A DNA stretch of 64,000 nucleotides from Patescibacteria group bacterium (GCA_023380755.1 JAMCSD010000006.1:120385-184384); one strand, 5' to 3'; positions 30,807-40,421 are shown, counted from the first letter of the stretch. Translations and numbers: made by a program. Notes: generated by a model from the sequence alone, not told the origin.

Positions 30807-32021
30807 TCACTGAATCTGAATCTTATTAATTTCCCGGATGCTTTTTACGCTGTAGTGGTCAGTAAATGGGACATTGTGCCCATCCTTTAGGTAAGGGTCA
30901 TGCATTCGATAATTACCATTACTTCCCGAAATCAAGGTCACAAAATGATCGGGTAGGGGACCGCCGTCATAGCTGATACCCACAATTACCGGCCGGCCGG
31001 CATTTAACTCACCATCAACGTCGGCACTAATTCGGGTTAAGGTCGCTCCGTCCGCATAAACCGTTTTCGATAACCAAGCCGGTTCGTAAGACGCAAAATT
31101 GTCGGGATTGCTATTAATCGTAATCGGGTTAACACTGCGGTGTCCGAAGTGGGTAAAGACCATCGCCACGTCGGTCAACAAACACCCGTCGGAGGCGATA
31201 GTATAGTGGGTATTGTTCAAGGGAATTGGCCCCCACTGGCTATCCCGCTGGTTGTAGTAGCAACCCCAGTCATCGCAACTGGTCTGGTTTGACAGCAGCT
31301 GGTCGCCCCCCTGGCTGTTAACGAAAGCGCGGAAGTTTTGCAGCTGTGCTTGGGCTTGGGCCAATAGTTTGGCATAATTAGCTTCACTGCCTCTCGTTTG
31401 GGTTAAGAGGTCATTCTTTTGTGACTTTTGCTGGTTTAAATTGGCCGTATAACCAATTAATTGTTTCTGCAGATCATCTTGTTTCTTTTTTTGGGCTTCC
31501 AATAGTTGCTTTTGGTCTTGAAAACTATTTTGCGTCACTTGGGCGGTGTACATTAGTTGTTTATCGTGGGCTTGGATGGCCTTTAAATAGCTCATTTGGC
31601 GCACGTAATTTTCCATCGTGCCCGTATCGGCTAAAAATTGGAATACAGGCATTTTTTCCGCCTCGTACGTGGCTGCAATCCGTTTAATCAGCACTGTGGC
31701 CATACTGGTTAAAGTGACGTCCAATTCATCAATTTTTTGTTTTGTTTTATCGATGTCGACCGCCAGCTGGGCGATGGCTTCTTTGGTGGCCTCAATCTTC
31801 ACTTCCGTCAGCTTAATTTGGCTATCCATCACCGCAATCTGGTTAGTCAGGGTTTTTTCCTGCCCCTGTAAATCCGAAATCTTATTTTTTAAGTCATCAA
31901 TTTGTTTTTGTAAGGCATCTACCGCCGGTGTGGCTTCTTGCGCCCGGGCTGCTTTTGGCGCCCCCAACGTCCCGATTACCACCAACACCATCATTCCATA
32001 TAACAATTTAGGAAAAGGCAT
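30807..32021 (-). CDS. Secreted PcsB-like coiled-coil protein with C39-like peptidase domain
   Basis: Long coiled coil; YYNQRDSQW, GCLLT, HFV, DPY. Confidence 0.8.
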   Translation of the reverse strand: MPFPKLLYGMMVLVVIGTLGAPKAARAQEATPAVDALQKQIDDLKNKISDLQGQEKTLTNQIAVMDSQIKLTEVKIEATKEAIAQLAVDIDKTKQKIDELDVTLTSMATVLIKRIAATYEAEKMPVFQFLADTGTMENYVRQMSYLKAIQAHDKQLMYTAQVTQNSFQDQKQLLEAQKKKQDDLQKQLIGYTANLNQQKSQKNDLLTQTRGSEANYAKLLAQAQAQLQNFRAFVNSQGGDQLLSNQTSCDDWGCYYNQRDSQWGPIPLNNTHYTIASDGCLLTDVAMVFTHFGHRSVNPITINSNPDNFASYEPAWLSKTVYADGATLTRISADVDGELNAGRPVIVGISYDGGPLPDHFVTLISGSNGNYRMHDPYLKDGHNVPFTDHYSVKSIREINKIQIQ

Positions 32022-32158
32022 ACCTTATCCATTTTACCGTAAAGCGCTTTCGCCATCCGCCTCAATTTTGACTTTCGCCACCTTCCGATTTATACTTCTC
32101 CACTCATAAAATACACCCTATTTTAGGCAGACATAAGCGTCTACTCTTAAATAGCTTA

Positions 32159-32182
32159 AGTCCTTTAACATTCCGACGTTTA
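32159..32182 (+). promoter_or_regulatory. boxA-like element plus leader arm (unit 2)
   Basis: AGTCCTTTAACA then TTCCGACGTTTA, the exact reverse complement of 33029-33040. Confidence 0.7.
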
Positions 32183-32214
32183 CCCACACTCGTACCCTAC
32201 TTTCGGAGGTTTTT

Positions 32215-32601
32215 ATGTCCTTACCCATCCAGGAACCTAGTGTTCCTCTGGACATCACTTACCGTCATCCGCCTATAGTTGACGACATAGTCTGGATCAC
32301 TGCCAAAGAAGCCAACTACCTTAGTTTTGATGTCCATGCCCCCCGGGTGATTTTGGAAGATCTTCAAAACTGGCTGGAAACCGAACCGGAGACGGTAATT
32401 TATCACTATTATGTCACCCGGGGAACGGTTCGCATTGTGGTTCACCGTTGTGCCGATGCCACAGCTTTCCGCCAAATTGTTCAAAAGTATCTTCATGACC
32501 TCTGGCAGACGCTAATAGTTCCCAGTTTGCCGCCTCAGTCAGCGAAACCACCATTCCTTGCTCGTGTTTGTCGGTCCCTATTAGGAGGAAACCATGTCTA
32601 A
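32215..32601 (+). CDS. Hypothetical protein (unit 2, paralog A)
   Basis: GGAGG SD; similar to the next ORF. Confidence 0.75.
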   Translation: MSLPIQEPSVPLDITYRHPPIVDDIVWITAKEANYLSFDVHAPRVILEDLQNWLETEPETVIYHYYVTRGTVRIVVHRCADATAFRQIVQKYLHDLWQTLIVPSLPPQSAKPPFLARVCRSLLGGNHV

Positions 32602-33031
32602 CTTTCCTGCGTTCCTGGTCCCTAACGATATTGTCCACCATGACACCCCTCACGTGGATGATTTGCGCAACCAAGGCAAAGAATTTGACCTCGTGGCTCC
32701 ACGTGAAGTGGTTAACCACTTGCTGATCGAACTTAGAGATTCTCCTGCCGTTGAAAGAGCCGATGCTATGGGGCACTTTAGCATTCATGTTGAGCTTGGC
32801 CCCCTGGTCCGTGCCGAATTGTTCCGACTTTATGTCATGGCCTATGTCTATCAGTGTTGCGTCAATCTCGACCTCTACGTCCGCCACCCGCCGCTTAATC
32901 CTTCTGCGGATGTTGTCCGGGTTCTCCATTGCACTTCAGCTGAGGCGGCGGATATCGTTTTAATTCTTAACTCCTGGGCCAACCCCCAGCCTCCTGCTAC
33001 TCTCCATACGTTAAAAATCCTTGTCAACTAA
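32594..33031 (+). CDS. Hypothetical protein (unit 2, paralog B)
   Basis: AGGAGG SD; shared P.VDD...KE..FD..APR motif. Confidence 0.75.
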   Translation: MSNFPAFLVPNDIVHHDTPHVDDLRNQGKEFDLVAPREVVNHLLIELRDSPAVERADAMGHFSIHVELGPLVRAELFRLYVMAYVYQCCVNLDLYVRHPPLNPSADVVRVLHCTSAEAADIVLILNSWANPQPPATLHTLKILVN

Positions 33032-33042
33032 ACGTCGGAACC

Positions 33043-33083
33043 CCGGAACGCCTGTTTTGGCTCATACCAACTAGGCGTTCCGG
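33043..33083 (+). terminator. 3' hairpin of unit 2
   Basis: CCGGAACGCCT / AGGCGTTCCGG stem. Confidence 0.6.
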
Positions 33084-33308
33084 TCTAAATTCTTATGATC
33101 GAACAATATTCTTCTTCCCCCGGCCCCGCTAAGAGTGAGCTCCTGACTCGAGCCGCCAATGTCATTAGGAATGGCAGCGGACTCACGAAGCCTGGATTTC
33201 GGTGGCCAAGGTGGTAGCTCAACAGGATATTTACCGTCAACTTCTAGGTCAACCTAAATGTTATAATTTCCTTGTAATCAAAATTACGGTAATAGCGCCG
33301 TTTATTGT

Positions 33309-33330
33309 GGTTCTTTAACAATCTACGGTA
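33309..33330 (+). promoter_or_regulatory. boxA-like element plus leader arm (unit 3)
   Basis: GGTTCTTTAACAAT after TGTTATAAT; AACAATCTACGGTA pairs with 34086-34099. Confidence 0.72.
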
Positions 33331-33410
33331 AAGGAGTTTTTCTATCATCTTCTGTCGGTTCCGGTTTGTCGTTCTTCAACCATGAGTTTCTCAAAGGCAG
33401 GTTTTTTGCT

Positions 33411-34085
33411 ATGAATGTCGATTCCATTTGGGCCCGTCGTGGTGAGAGTACGTTGTCCAAAGCCACTTATATCCGTCTGACCTCTCTTTTTACGGTCCTG
33501 GAAGGCTTCTTGGTTTACATCGGCGCCTTCGTTTCCCGCAGCTGGCCGAGTTCCGGTTGGTTGGCTTTGTTAATGTTTCTCGTATCCCTGGTCGGCGTCT
33601 TTATGATCAAGACCAATGGCAATGTCTATCGCAGTGCCCTGGGTGTCACCATCATGAGTCTTTCCCTGGGGTTGATGTGCGGTCCTTTCTTTGCCCTTAA
33701 CTCGTCCGCCGTCTTGGTTGAGAGTATCCTTCTCACCGTGTCCGTTATGGTGGTTATGTCCCTGGTCGGCATTACTTTTCCCGCTGTCTTTGAAGGCTGG
33801 GGAATTTGGCTTTTGCTAGCCTTAGTCCTGTTGTTGGTGGTTCAGATTGCCCAGTCGGTGTTAATGAGTCTGGGATACATGTCGAGTGACATGACCCTCC
33901 TCGCTTGGTTGGGGATTCTCATTTTTACCGCTGTCGTCGCCCATGATTGGTCCCGCGCTCTGCGGATTCCCTACACTGTCAACAACGCTATCGATGCCTC
34001 CGGCGGCCTCATCTTGAGTGCCATCAACTTGGCCCTTCGCTTTGTGATTTTGCTGCGTGGTGGCAGTGTTAGTCGCTCTGGTTAA
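33411..34085 (+). CDS. Bax inhibitor-1/YccA family membrane protein (unit 3)
   Basis: 7 TM pattern, GILIFT...AHD, A..L.L..INL.L. Confidence 0.75.
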   Translation: MNVDSIWARRGESTLSKATYIRLTSLFTVLEGFLVYIGAFVSRSWPSSGWLALLMFLVSLVGVFMIKTNGNVYRSALGVTIMSLSLGLMCGPFFALNSSAVLVESILLTVSVMVVMSLVGITFPAVFEGWGIWLLLALVLLLVVQIAQSVLMSLGYMSSDMTLLAWLGILIFTAVVAHDWSRALRIPYTVNNAIDASGGLILSAINLALRFVILLRGGSVSRSG

Positions 34086-34107
34086 TACCGTAGGTTGTTC
34101 GTTTAGT

Positions 34108-34144
34108 AAAGCCGTTATGGCCTCTTCGCCTTAGCGGCTTTTTT
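34108..34144. terminator. Bidirectional terminator
   Basis: AAAGCCGTTA / TAGCGGCTTT stem plus T-run between convergent units. Confidence 0.75.
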
Positions 34145-34273
34145 GTGGGAAAAAATTAACACGGAGATTTCCAAAAAATAAAAAATTGACGAAGCTCTTT
34201 CATCATTATCTTTTTTGGGTTGTTTGCCTCAGGGCAGGGGATTAGCAGTCTCCATCCTGCCCCGGCTTTCAGC

Positions 34274-34558
34274 TTAATATAAAATAGCTACTTCATCTTC
34301 ATCGAAAATGTCTTGGTCGCTGGTGACCTTCGCCGCCTTTTTTATTTCCACATCCACCGCTCTTGTCTCCCGCGCCTCTCGGATTGCCTGTTGGACGAAC
34401 CGCCACGCCTTGCCGTCGACCGGTCCAAACTCCAAAATGTGATGGGCGAGCCCCAGTGCCTCCTCCCTTTGACTATCGGTCAGGCCTCTGTCTGTAACCA
34501 TCAACAGGTCATCAATTACTTGCACAATATTTCCCAGGTCGGTATTTCGGGTTCCCAT
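34274..34558 (-). CDS. Hypothetical protein (unit 4)
   Basis: ORF with GGAGG SD; start refined to ATG 34558. Confidence 0.65.
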   Translation of the reverse strand: MGTRNTDLGNIVQVIDDLLMVTDRGLTDSQREEALGLAHHILEFGPVDGKAWRFVQQAIREARETRAVDVEIKKAAKVTSDQDIFDEDEVAILY

Positions 34559-34587
34559 AAAGTCCTCCAAAAGTGTATCTTAAGCTG

Positions 34588-34609
34588 CTCCGTGTTAATT
34601 TAAAGTGCC
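34588..34609 (-). promoter_or_regulatory. boxA-like element plus leader arm (unit 4)
   Basis: GGCACTTTAAAT; AAATTAACACGGAG forms a perfect 14-bp inverted repeat with 34153-34166. Confidence 0.65.
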
Positions 34610-34711
34610 AAAAAATCGGCAAAAGTAATTATATACCCCCCGGCCTTTTAGTCAAATAGGGACTAAACTATGATAAAATTAGTAATAGTTAATTTAACCC
34701 CGGAGGTGCTT

Positions 34712-34843
34712 ATGATTGATGCCCAAAGGTTAAAACTCCAAGCTCAATTGGATCGTCTTAAAGCCGAGTTGGAAAACGCCGCTGCTGATACTCGGATATC
34801 TATCCAGCGCGAAATTGAGGCTATTGAGGCCCGTCTGCGTTAA
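34712..34843 (+). CDS. Small coiled-coil protein (43 aa), not in the ORF track
   Basis: GGAGGTG SD; MIDAQRLKLQAQLDRLKAELENAAADTRISIQREIEAIEARLR. Confidence 0.7.
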   Translation: MIDAQRLKLQAQLDRLKAELENAAADTRISIQREIEAIEARLR

Positions 34844-34867
34844 TCCTTTAATCATTAATCTGCTTTT

Positions 34868-35089
34868 ATGCCTTACCAAAACAATAATGACCTTCCCGAC
34901 CGTGTCAAAAATTTCCTGCCGTCCCACGCCCAAGATATTTATCGCGAGGCTTTCAATCATGCTTGGGATGAATACCGGGAAGGCGGCCAAGGCAGCCGCA
35001 GCCGTGAAGAAACCGCCCACGCTGTCGCTTGGAGCGCCGTCGAAAATAAGTTTCACAAAGACTCCCATGGTAACTGGGTGGAAAAATAA
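34868..35089 (+). CDS. chaB: ChaB family protein
   Basis: MPY....DLP..V...LP.HAQDIYREAFN.AW, A...AW.AV. Confidence 0.92.
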   Translation: MPYQNNNDLPDRVKNFLPSHAQDIYREAFNHAWDEYREGGQGSRSREETAHAVAWSAVENKFHKDSHGNWVEK

Positions 35090-35389
35090 TTAAGGCGTAT
35101 TGTCTAAGTCATTCTCCACGTCGGTCAATCGCCGTTGCCCTTCATTGACCGTCTTATTAGTGGTCTTTTTAACTTCTTCTCCCTTACCTTTCATCTTTTC
35201 CATTACTTCTTTACCTTTTTGTTTTACCTTACCCATCGCCTCGTTCATTTTTTGGCGGTTTTCTTCTTTCGATAAAATGGCCGCTGTCGCTGCCCCGGCT
35301 ATGGCGGCTGTGCCCAGCATCGCTGCCTTCATCGCGGCACTGGTTTTGCCCTGACTCATTTTTTTCTTATCTTCTTGATTATTGTCCAT
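35090..35389 (-). CDS. YtxH-like general stress protein
   Basis: Ala/Gly hydrophobic helix followed by K/E-rich repeats. Confidence 0.55.
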   Translation of the reverse strand: MDNNQEDKKKMSQGKTSAAMKAAMLGTAAIAGAATAAILSKEENRQKMNEAMGKVKQKGKEVMEKMKGKGEEVKKTTNKTVNEGQRRLTDVENDLDNTP

Positions 35390-35483
35390 AACTTCCTCCT
35401 GGTTAATGTTAATTTTTTATAAAGTCCGGTCGCGATCTCGGTCGCGGATTGGCTCCCAATCACTAACTCTTACTACTAGTATA

Positions 35484-37631
35484 CTAGTACGAGTTAACCA
35501 CTTCAACCGTTTCTGTCTTAGTTGCTACCAGTATCTTCGCATCCACCCCCCAAATTTCCTCCGGGGTCACTATCACCGGGTTGATCTCTAAATCGCTCAC
35601 CAATTCTTCCGCTTCCACCAGCTGACCCATTTCCACCATCAATTTAACCAATTTTTCTACCGGGTAAGTTGGGCCGCCGCGATATCCGGCCAAAATTTTA
35701 TAAACCTTTGACTGCTTAATTAACCCCAATGCTTTCGTAGGGTTTAGCGGTAGGGAACACAAATTTTTATCCGCAATCAACTCTACCAGTTTCCCACCCA
35801 TGCCAAACAACATAATCGGCCCGAAAGTTGGATCTCTTTTAATCCCCACAATTACTTCCACCGCGGCCCTGAGCGGGATCTCTTCTTGTAACTCGATTCC
35901 GATTTCCCTCGGAATAGTATTTTTTAACGATTTAATTGTTTCTTGCATTTTATTCCAGGCGGCTTCTAAGGCAACCTCGTCCTTAATTTGTCCGATTACT
36001 CCTCCCACCTCACTTTTGTGCAAGATAAAAGGGCTGGCCAGTTTTATGACCACCCCGCCCGGTTTTGTTTGCCAAAAATTCTTGGCTTCAGTGAACGTAG
36101 TGACTACCCGGCTTTCGGGTGTTTTGATTGACAGATTCCTTAGTAGTTCCTCGGCTTCCAGCGGGTCGCAGGCTGCCCGTTTCTCTTGGGACACCTTTTC
36201 GATTATCGGAGTCACTGCCGAGAAATCAGGCATATTTTCTGCCGTTTTCTCCTCGTTAACTTGTATCTGCCGCCATTGCTCCCATTTATAAAGTACCGAA
36301 AGTGTTTTAATCGCCCTCTCGGGGAACCTAAAAGTGGGAATCGATAGTTTATTTAGTATGGCTTCTCCGGCCATCGTGTAGCCACCGCCGATAAAGGAGG
36401 CCACCACTGGTTTCTCGTATCTTTTTGACAAATTACCAATTAGTTCTGCTGTTTCGGCAATTTGTGTCATTAGTTGCGGCGTTAATATTACCACCACCGC
36501 ATCCACCGTATTTTCTTGCAAAACAATTTCCGCTGCTTTCACAAACCGGTCTGCCAGGGCATCCCCTAAAATATCCACCGGGTTAAACAGGCTGGCTGTT
36601 CGCGGCAAATACTCGGCTAACCTTTTTTCTGTTTCTTCCGAAAAGGAGGCTAACTTTAGGCCCTCATTTTCAATCGAATCCGTGGTCAGTACTGCTGGCC
36701 CCCCGGCATTCGAGACAATGGCCACGTTAGGGCCTTTAGGCATTTTTGACCAGGCAAAAGCCCGCGAATAATCAAAAAAATCTTCTAATTCCGAGCACCT
36801 AATAATTCCTGCTTCGGCCGCCACCGCTTCCAAAACACTGTCTTCTCCGGCGATTGATCCGGTATGTGATTTCATCGCGTGGGCTGCCGCTTTTGATTTC
36901 CCTGGTTTCAACAAAAACACCGGTTGCTTCAGGGATAACTGTCGACAGTCTTGTAAAAATTTTTTTCCTTCGGCAATTGACTCCAAGTAAATTCCTATCG
37001 GCCCCGGGTTTTCCTGTGTTAGCCAATACTCCAAAAAATCATTTTCCGTTAAACCGCCCTTATTCCCCAAGGAAACAAAATCACTAAAACCTAAACCAAT
37101 GGCCTGAAACCAGTCAAACAAACTGGTTGCCAATGCCCCCGATTGGCTAATGAAACGCAGAGTCCCCGGCAGCATTTTAATCTTGCCAAAAGTGGCGTTT
37201 AATGGGGTTCGCGTGCTGGCCAGCCCTAAACAATTTGGCCCCACAATGTTCACCTGATACTTAATGGCGATGCTTTTTAACTCTTCTTCCAACCTGACGC
37301 CTTCGCCGCCCACTTCCTTAAAACCGGCGCTATAAATCACCACATTTTTTACTCCCTTTTTTCCGGCCGCCTCCGCTTCTGGCAGCACCCCGGCCGCTGG
37401 TATAGCAATTAACACTACATCCACTGCTTCCGGCAATTCTTCAATATGGGGATAACATTTCAAGCCGTTTATATCCGAATACTTAGGATTAATGGGGTAA
37501 ATATTGCCCTTAAAACCGCCTTCTAAAAGATTGTTAAGAACAATTGCTCCCACTTTGGTTTTTTCGGGTGAAGCTCCAATAACCGCCACGGAGTGGGGGA
37601 GAAATAAAGATTCCAGATTACTCAACGTCAC
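35484..37631 (-). CDS. Acetate-CoA ligase (ADP-forming), alpha-beta fusion
   Basis: SVAVIGAS, GPNCLG, SQSGA, SHTGS phospho-His, ATP-grasp LEINP. Confidence 0.92.
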   Translation of the reverse strand: MTLSNLESLFLPHSVAVIGASPEKTKVGAIVLNNLLEGGFKGNIYPINPKYSDINGLKCYPHIEELPEAVDVVLIAIPAAGVLPEAEAAGKKGVKNVVIYSAGFKEVGGEGVRLEEELKSIAIKYQVNIVGPNCLGLASTRTPLNATFGKIKMLPGTLRFISQSGALATSLFDWFQAIGLGFSDFVSLGNKGGLTENDFLEYWLTQENPGPIGIYLESIAEGKKFLQDCRQLSLKQPVFLLKPGKSKAAAHAMKSHTGSIAGEDSVLEAVAAEAGIIRCSELEDFFDYSRAFAWSKMPKGPNVAIVSNAGGPAVLTTDSIENEGLKLASFSEETEKRLAEYLPRTASLFNPVDILGDALADRFVKAAEIVLQENTVDAVVVILTPQLMTQIAETAELIGNLSKRYEKPVVASFIGGGYTMAGEAILNKLSIPTFRFPERAIKTLSVLYKWEQWRQIQVNEEKTAENMPDFSAVTPIIEKVSQEKRAACDPLEAEELLRNLSIKTPESRVVTTFTEAKNFWQTKPGGVVIKLASPFILHKSEVGGVIGQIKDEVALEAAWNKMQETIKSLKNTIPREIGIELQEEIPLRAAVEVIVGIKRDPTFGPIMLFGMGGKLVELIADKNLCSLPLNPTKALGLIKQSKVYKILAGYRGGPTYPVEKLVKLMVEMGQLVEAEELVSDLEINPVIVTPEEIWGVDAKILVATKTETVEVVNSY

Positions 37632-37668
37632 TTACGTAGTATGCCACAGAACTTTGTTCCCCACTCAA

Positions 37669-38499
37669 CTAAATGCTTTGGGTCGATAAAAAGCCTTTAA
37701 TTACATTGACCGGAATGGCAAAACCGATATTTTGCCCGTTTGGCGCGATGGCAGTATTTATGCCGATTACCTGGCCGCTGGAATTAATCAATGGCCCTCC
37801 GGAATTTCCCGGATTAATCGCCGCATTCGTTTGAATCACATTATCCAGCCGCTCGACATACCCTTGTAAATCCGACCCGGCCGTAATTCCTCGGCCCAAC
37901 CCGGAAACTATGCCGTTGGTAACCGTATTGGTAAATTGGCCCAACGGTGTCCCAACGGCATAAACCGTCTGCCCCAGTTTCAAATTACTCGAATCTCCCA
38001 AAGATATTGCTTTTAAGTTTTGGGCGTTGATCCGCAGCAGAGCCAAATCATTGTTCGGGTCAGTGGTAATTTTATCGACACTATATTCTTTGCCGTCGTT
38101 GGTAATTACCGAGTATGTCGCCCCTTGTTGGGAGACCACATGTTTGTTGGTCACAATCAATCCATTACTGTCGACCACGAAACCGCTGCCAATGTTTTGG
38201 GAAACATTGGTTGGTTGTCCGGGTACCCGTTGGATGGGGTTGAAAAAATTAAATGGGTCAAAACGGTAATAATCATTTTGGGTAATGGTCGAAATCTTGA
38301 CGGTGACCACCGAGGCCACGGCATTACTGATTAAGTTTTCCGTATTGTTCTCGATGGCCGGAGTCGGCTGGACGGCGGTTTGCAGGGTTTGGGGGTTAAT
38401 TGTCACCCCGGTTTTCTCTAGAGCCGGAATAATCGTGTAAAGTTTGGCCAGAGTCGCCAAATTCAAAAATACCAATAATCCCAAAATAATATTTTTCAT
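37669..38499 (-). CDS. HtrA-like trypsin serine protease lacking PDZ
   Basis: GSGF, TNKHVV, DLA, NPGNSGGPL. Confidence 0.92.
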   Translation of the reverse strand: MKNIILGLLVFLNLATLAKLYTIIPALEKTGVTINPQTLQTAVQPTPAIENNTENLISNAVASVVTVKISTITQNDYYRFDPFNFFNPIQRVPGQPTNVSQNIGSGFVVDSNGLIVTNKHVVSQQGATYSVITNDGKEYSVDKITTDPNNDLALLRINAQNLKAISLGDSSNLKLGQTVYAVGTPLGQFTNTVTNGIVSGLGRGITAGSDLQGYVERLDNVIQTNAAINPGNSGGPLINSSGQVIGINTAIAPNGQNIGFAIPVNVIKGFLSTQSI

Positions 38500-38564
38500 A
38501 TGTCCTACTCTAGTCTACGAAACTTAAATTACCCTGAAAAAATTCTGTATTTCGTTTTTAAAAA

Positions 38565-39056
38565 CTATACCTCGGAAACTACTGACCGCATCAGTGTTCC
38601 CGCCAGCATCGTCAGCCCATCCGCTGTCACCATTTCTTCTCCTAAACTTTGTTCTAAAATCTTAGCCTCTTCCTCGGCTCCCAACAATTTACACCAATTA
38701 ATTAATCCTTGGTACATGGCCATTTCGCTATGTTCCACCTTCAATGCCGCCTCAATTACCGCCATATCTTTTAAGTAGGCATCATCAATTTTCTTCAAGC
38801 CTCCGCCCCCTTCGCTGACCAGTGACAGGAAGGTTGGATCCTTTTGTTTTTTGGTATTTAATCCTAAGCTTTGAAAAATACTTTCCAACCGCGTTGTTTG
38901 ATTTTTTGTTTGCTCGAGATGGTATCCCAGCGCTCGGATTAATTTATCCTCATGGGATTCCTTCATCATCTTGGGCAATTCTTCCGTGATGGTGTTTTCG
39001 ATAAAGTACATTTTTTGTAGTCCCATTTCTAACAAATCTTTCTTTGATACGGCCAT
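38565..39056 (-). CDS. Ferritin-like DUF892 (YciE/YciF) protein
   Basis: LPKM, HLEQT..Q..RLE, KVEH.E.A.Y, L.EE. Confidence 0.88.
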   Translation of the reverse strand: MAVSKKDLLEMGLQKMYFIENTITEELPKMMKESHEDKLIRALGYHLEQTKNQTTRLESIFQSLGLNTKKQKDPTFLSLVSEGGGGLKKIDDAYLKDMAVIEAALKVEHSEMAMYQGLINWCKLLGAEEEAKILEQSLGEEMVTADGLTMLAGTLMRSVVSEV

Positions 39057-39189
39057 ACCCACCTCCTCCAAATAACTAATTGTAAATTAATAGTAGATGA
39101 TTCTCTGGATGGATGCAACCATTATGACGATCCGGAAAAACTTCACCCTCTTTTAAGCTTACTCTCAGAAGCCGCCATTATCATTCAAT

Positions 39190-39660
39190 ATGAAAAAAAC
39201 ATTTATTGCTGGATTCGTCGTCGTTTCCTTTGTGGCCTATGCCTTTTTGGAGCAAGTCAAATCATGGGGTTTTGGTGATGATTCCACCCTCCCTCCTTCC
39301 CGTTCTAATTCGGCTCCTAATCCCAATCTTACCACGCTCAATTCTGGCTCCTCTCCCAAGCCCCAAACTGCCGCTGGCCACTTTAAGAACGGCCAATATA
39401 CCGGCGATTCCACCGATGCCTTTTATGGCAATGTCCAGGTAAGGGTCACCATTAGCAGTGGCAAAATTACTAACGTTCAGTTTCTGGATTACCCTCAAGA
39501 CCGCGACCGTTCCCTTGCCATCAATACTGTTGCCATGCCCCAACTTACCAGTGAAGCCATCCAAGCCCAATCTGCCAACGTCGATGTCGTCTCTGGAGCT
39601 ACTGCCACCAGCCAAGCTTTTGTTCAATCATTACAATCCGCCCTTAACCAGGCCCAATAA
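39190..39660 (+). CDS. Extracytoplasmic FMN-binding protein
   Basis: GQYTG, YGNVQV, DVVSGAT flavinylation motif. Confidence 0.9.
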   Translation: MKKTFIAGFVVVSFVAYAFLEQVKSWGFGDDSTLPPSRSNSAPNPNLTTLNSGSSPKPQTAAGHFKNGQYTGDSTDAFYGNVQVRVTISSGKITNVQFLDYPQDRDRSLAINTVAMPQLTSEAIQAQSANVDVVSGATATSQAFVQSLQSALNQAQ

Positions 39661-39665
39661 CTAAT

Positions 39666-40421
39666 ATGAAAGACACCCGCCTCCTCATGGGCATGCCCAT
39701 CACCGTGGAGATTGCCGATCCTGAATCTACTTTAGATTCCCTTAGCGAAGTCTTTGCTTATTTCCATTATGTTGACGAAAAATTTAGCCTTTACAAAAAC
39801 ACCAGCGAAATTGCCCAAATAAACCACCGGAAACTTCCGGAATCTCAATATAGTCCGGACATGAAAACTGTCTTTGCGCTCTGTGAGGAGACAAAAAAAT
39901 TAACTGATGGCTTTTTTGATATCAAGCATTCCGGCCGCCTTGATCCTTCCGGCTTGGTCAAGGGCTGGGCAATTCATAACGCCGCCCAAAAACTGCGCCA
40001 CCACGGATATCGGCATTTCTATGTCGAAGCCGGCGGCGACATCGAGGTTGCCGGGCTTAGCTCACGGCACCAGCCCTGGCAAATCGGTATCCGTAACCCT
40101 TTTAATATCCGCCAAATCGTTAAAGTCGTTGCACTCACTAATGGCGGCATCGCCACTTCTGGTACCTATTTTCGCGGCCAACACGTCTATAATCCCAAAA
40201 AATTCCATCGGCCGATTACTGACATTTTAAGCCTCACCGTTATCGGCCCCGATATTTATGAAGCCGACCGTTTTGCCACCGCCGCTTTTGCCATGGGACG
40301 TCCCGGCATCGAATTTATTGAATCTCTGCCCGGTTTTGAAGGTTATCAAATTGATAACCAGGGTGTCGCCACTTTCACCACTGCTTTTAATCGTTATCTT
40401 TCCGATGCTAAAGATTATTGA
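39666..40421 (+). CDS. apbE: FAD:protein FMN transferase
   Basis: LMGM, DPSGLVKGW, EAGGD, ATSG, AD..ATA. Confidence 0.92.
   Translation: MKDTRLLMGMPITVEIADPESTLDSLSEVFAYFHYVDEKFSLYKNTSEIAQINHRKLPESQYSPDMKTVFALCEETKKLTDGFFDIKHSGRLDPSGLVKGWAIHNAAQKLRHHGYRHFYVEAGGDIEVAGLSSRHQPWQIGIRNPFNIRQIVKVVALTNGGIATSGTYFRGQHVYNPKKFHRPITDILSLTVIGPDIYEADRFATAAFAMGRPGIEFIESLPGFEGYQIDNQGVATFTTAFNRYLSDAKDY

Noticed and set aside
30702-30890. 62-aa plus-strand ORF or SRP-like GGAAA hairpin
   Set aside because: The ORF overlaps the peptidase gene antisense; the SRP domain IV motif is not matched
32171-34601. Leader/trailer inverted repeats as transposon or MITE terminal inverted repeats, or integron attC sites
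   Set aside because: Arms are unrelated in sequence between units, some need G-U pairs, most are fixed to boxA and stop codons, and I saw no transposase or integrase gene or shared target duplication
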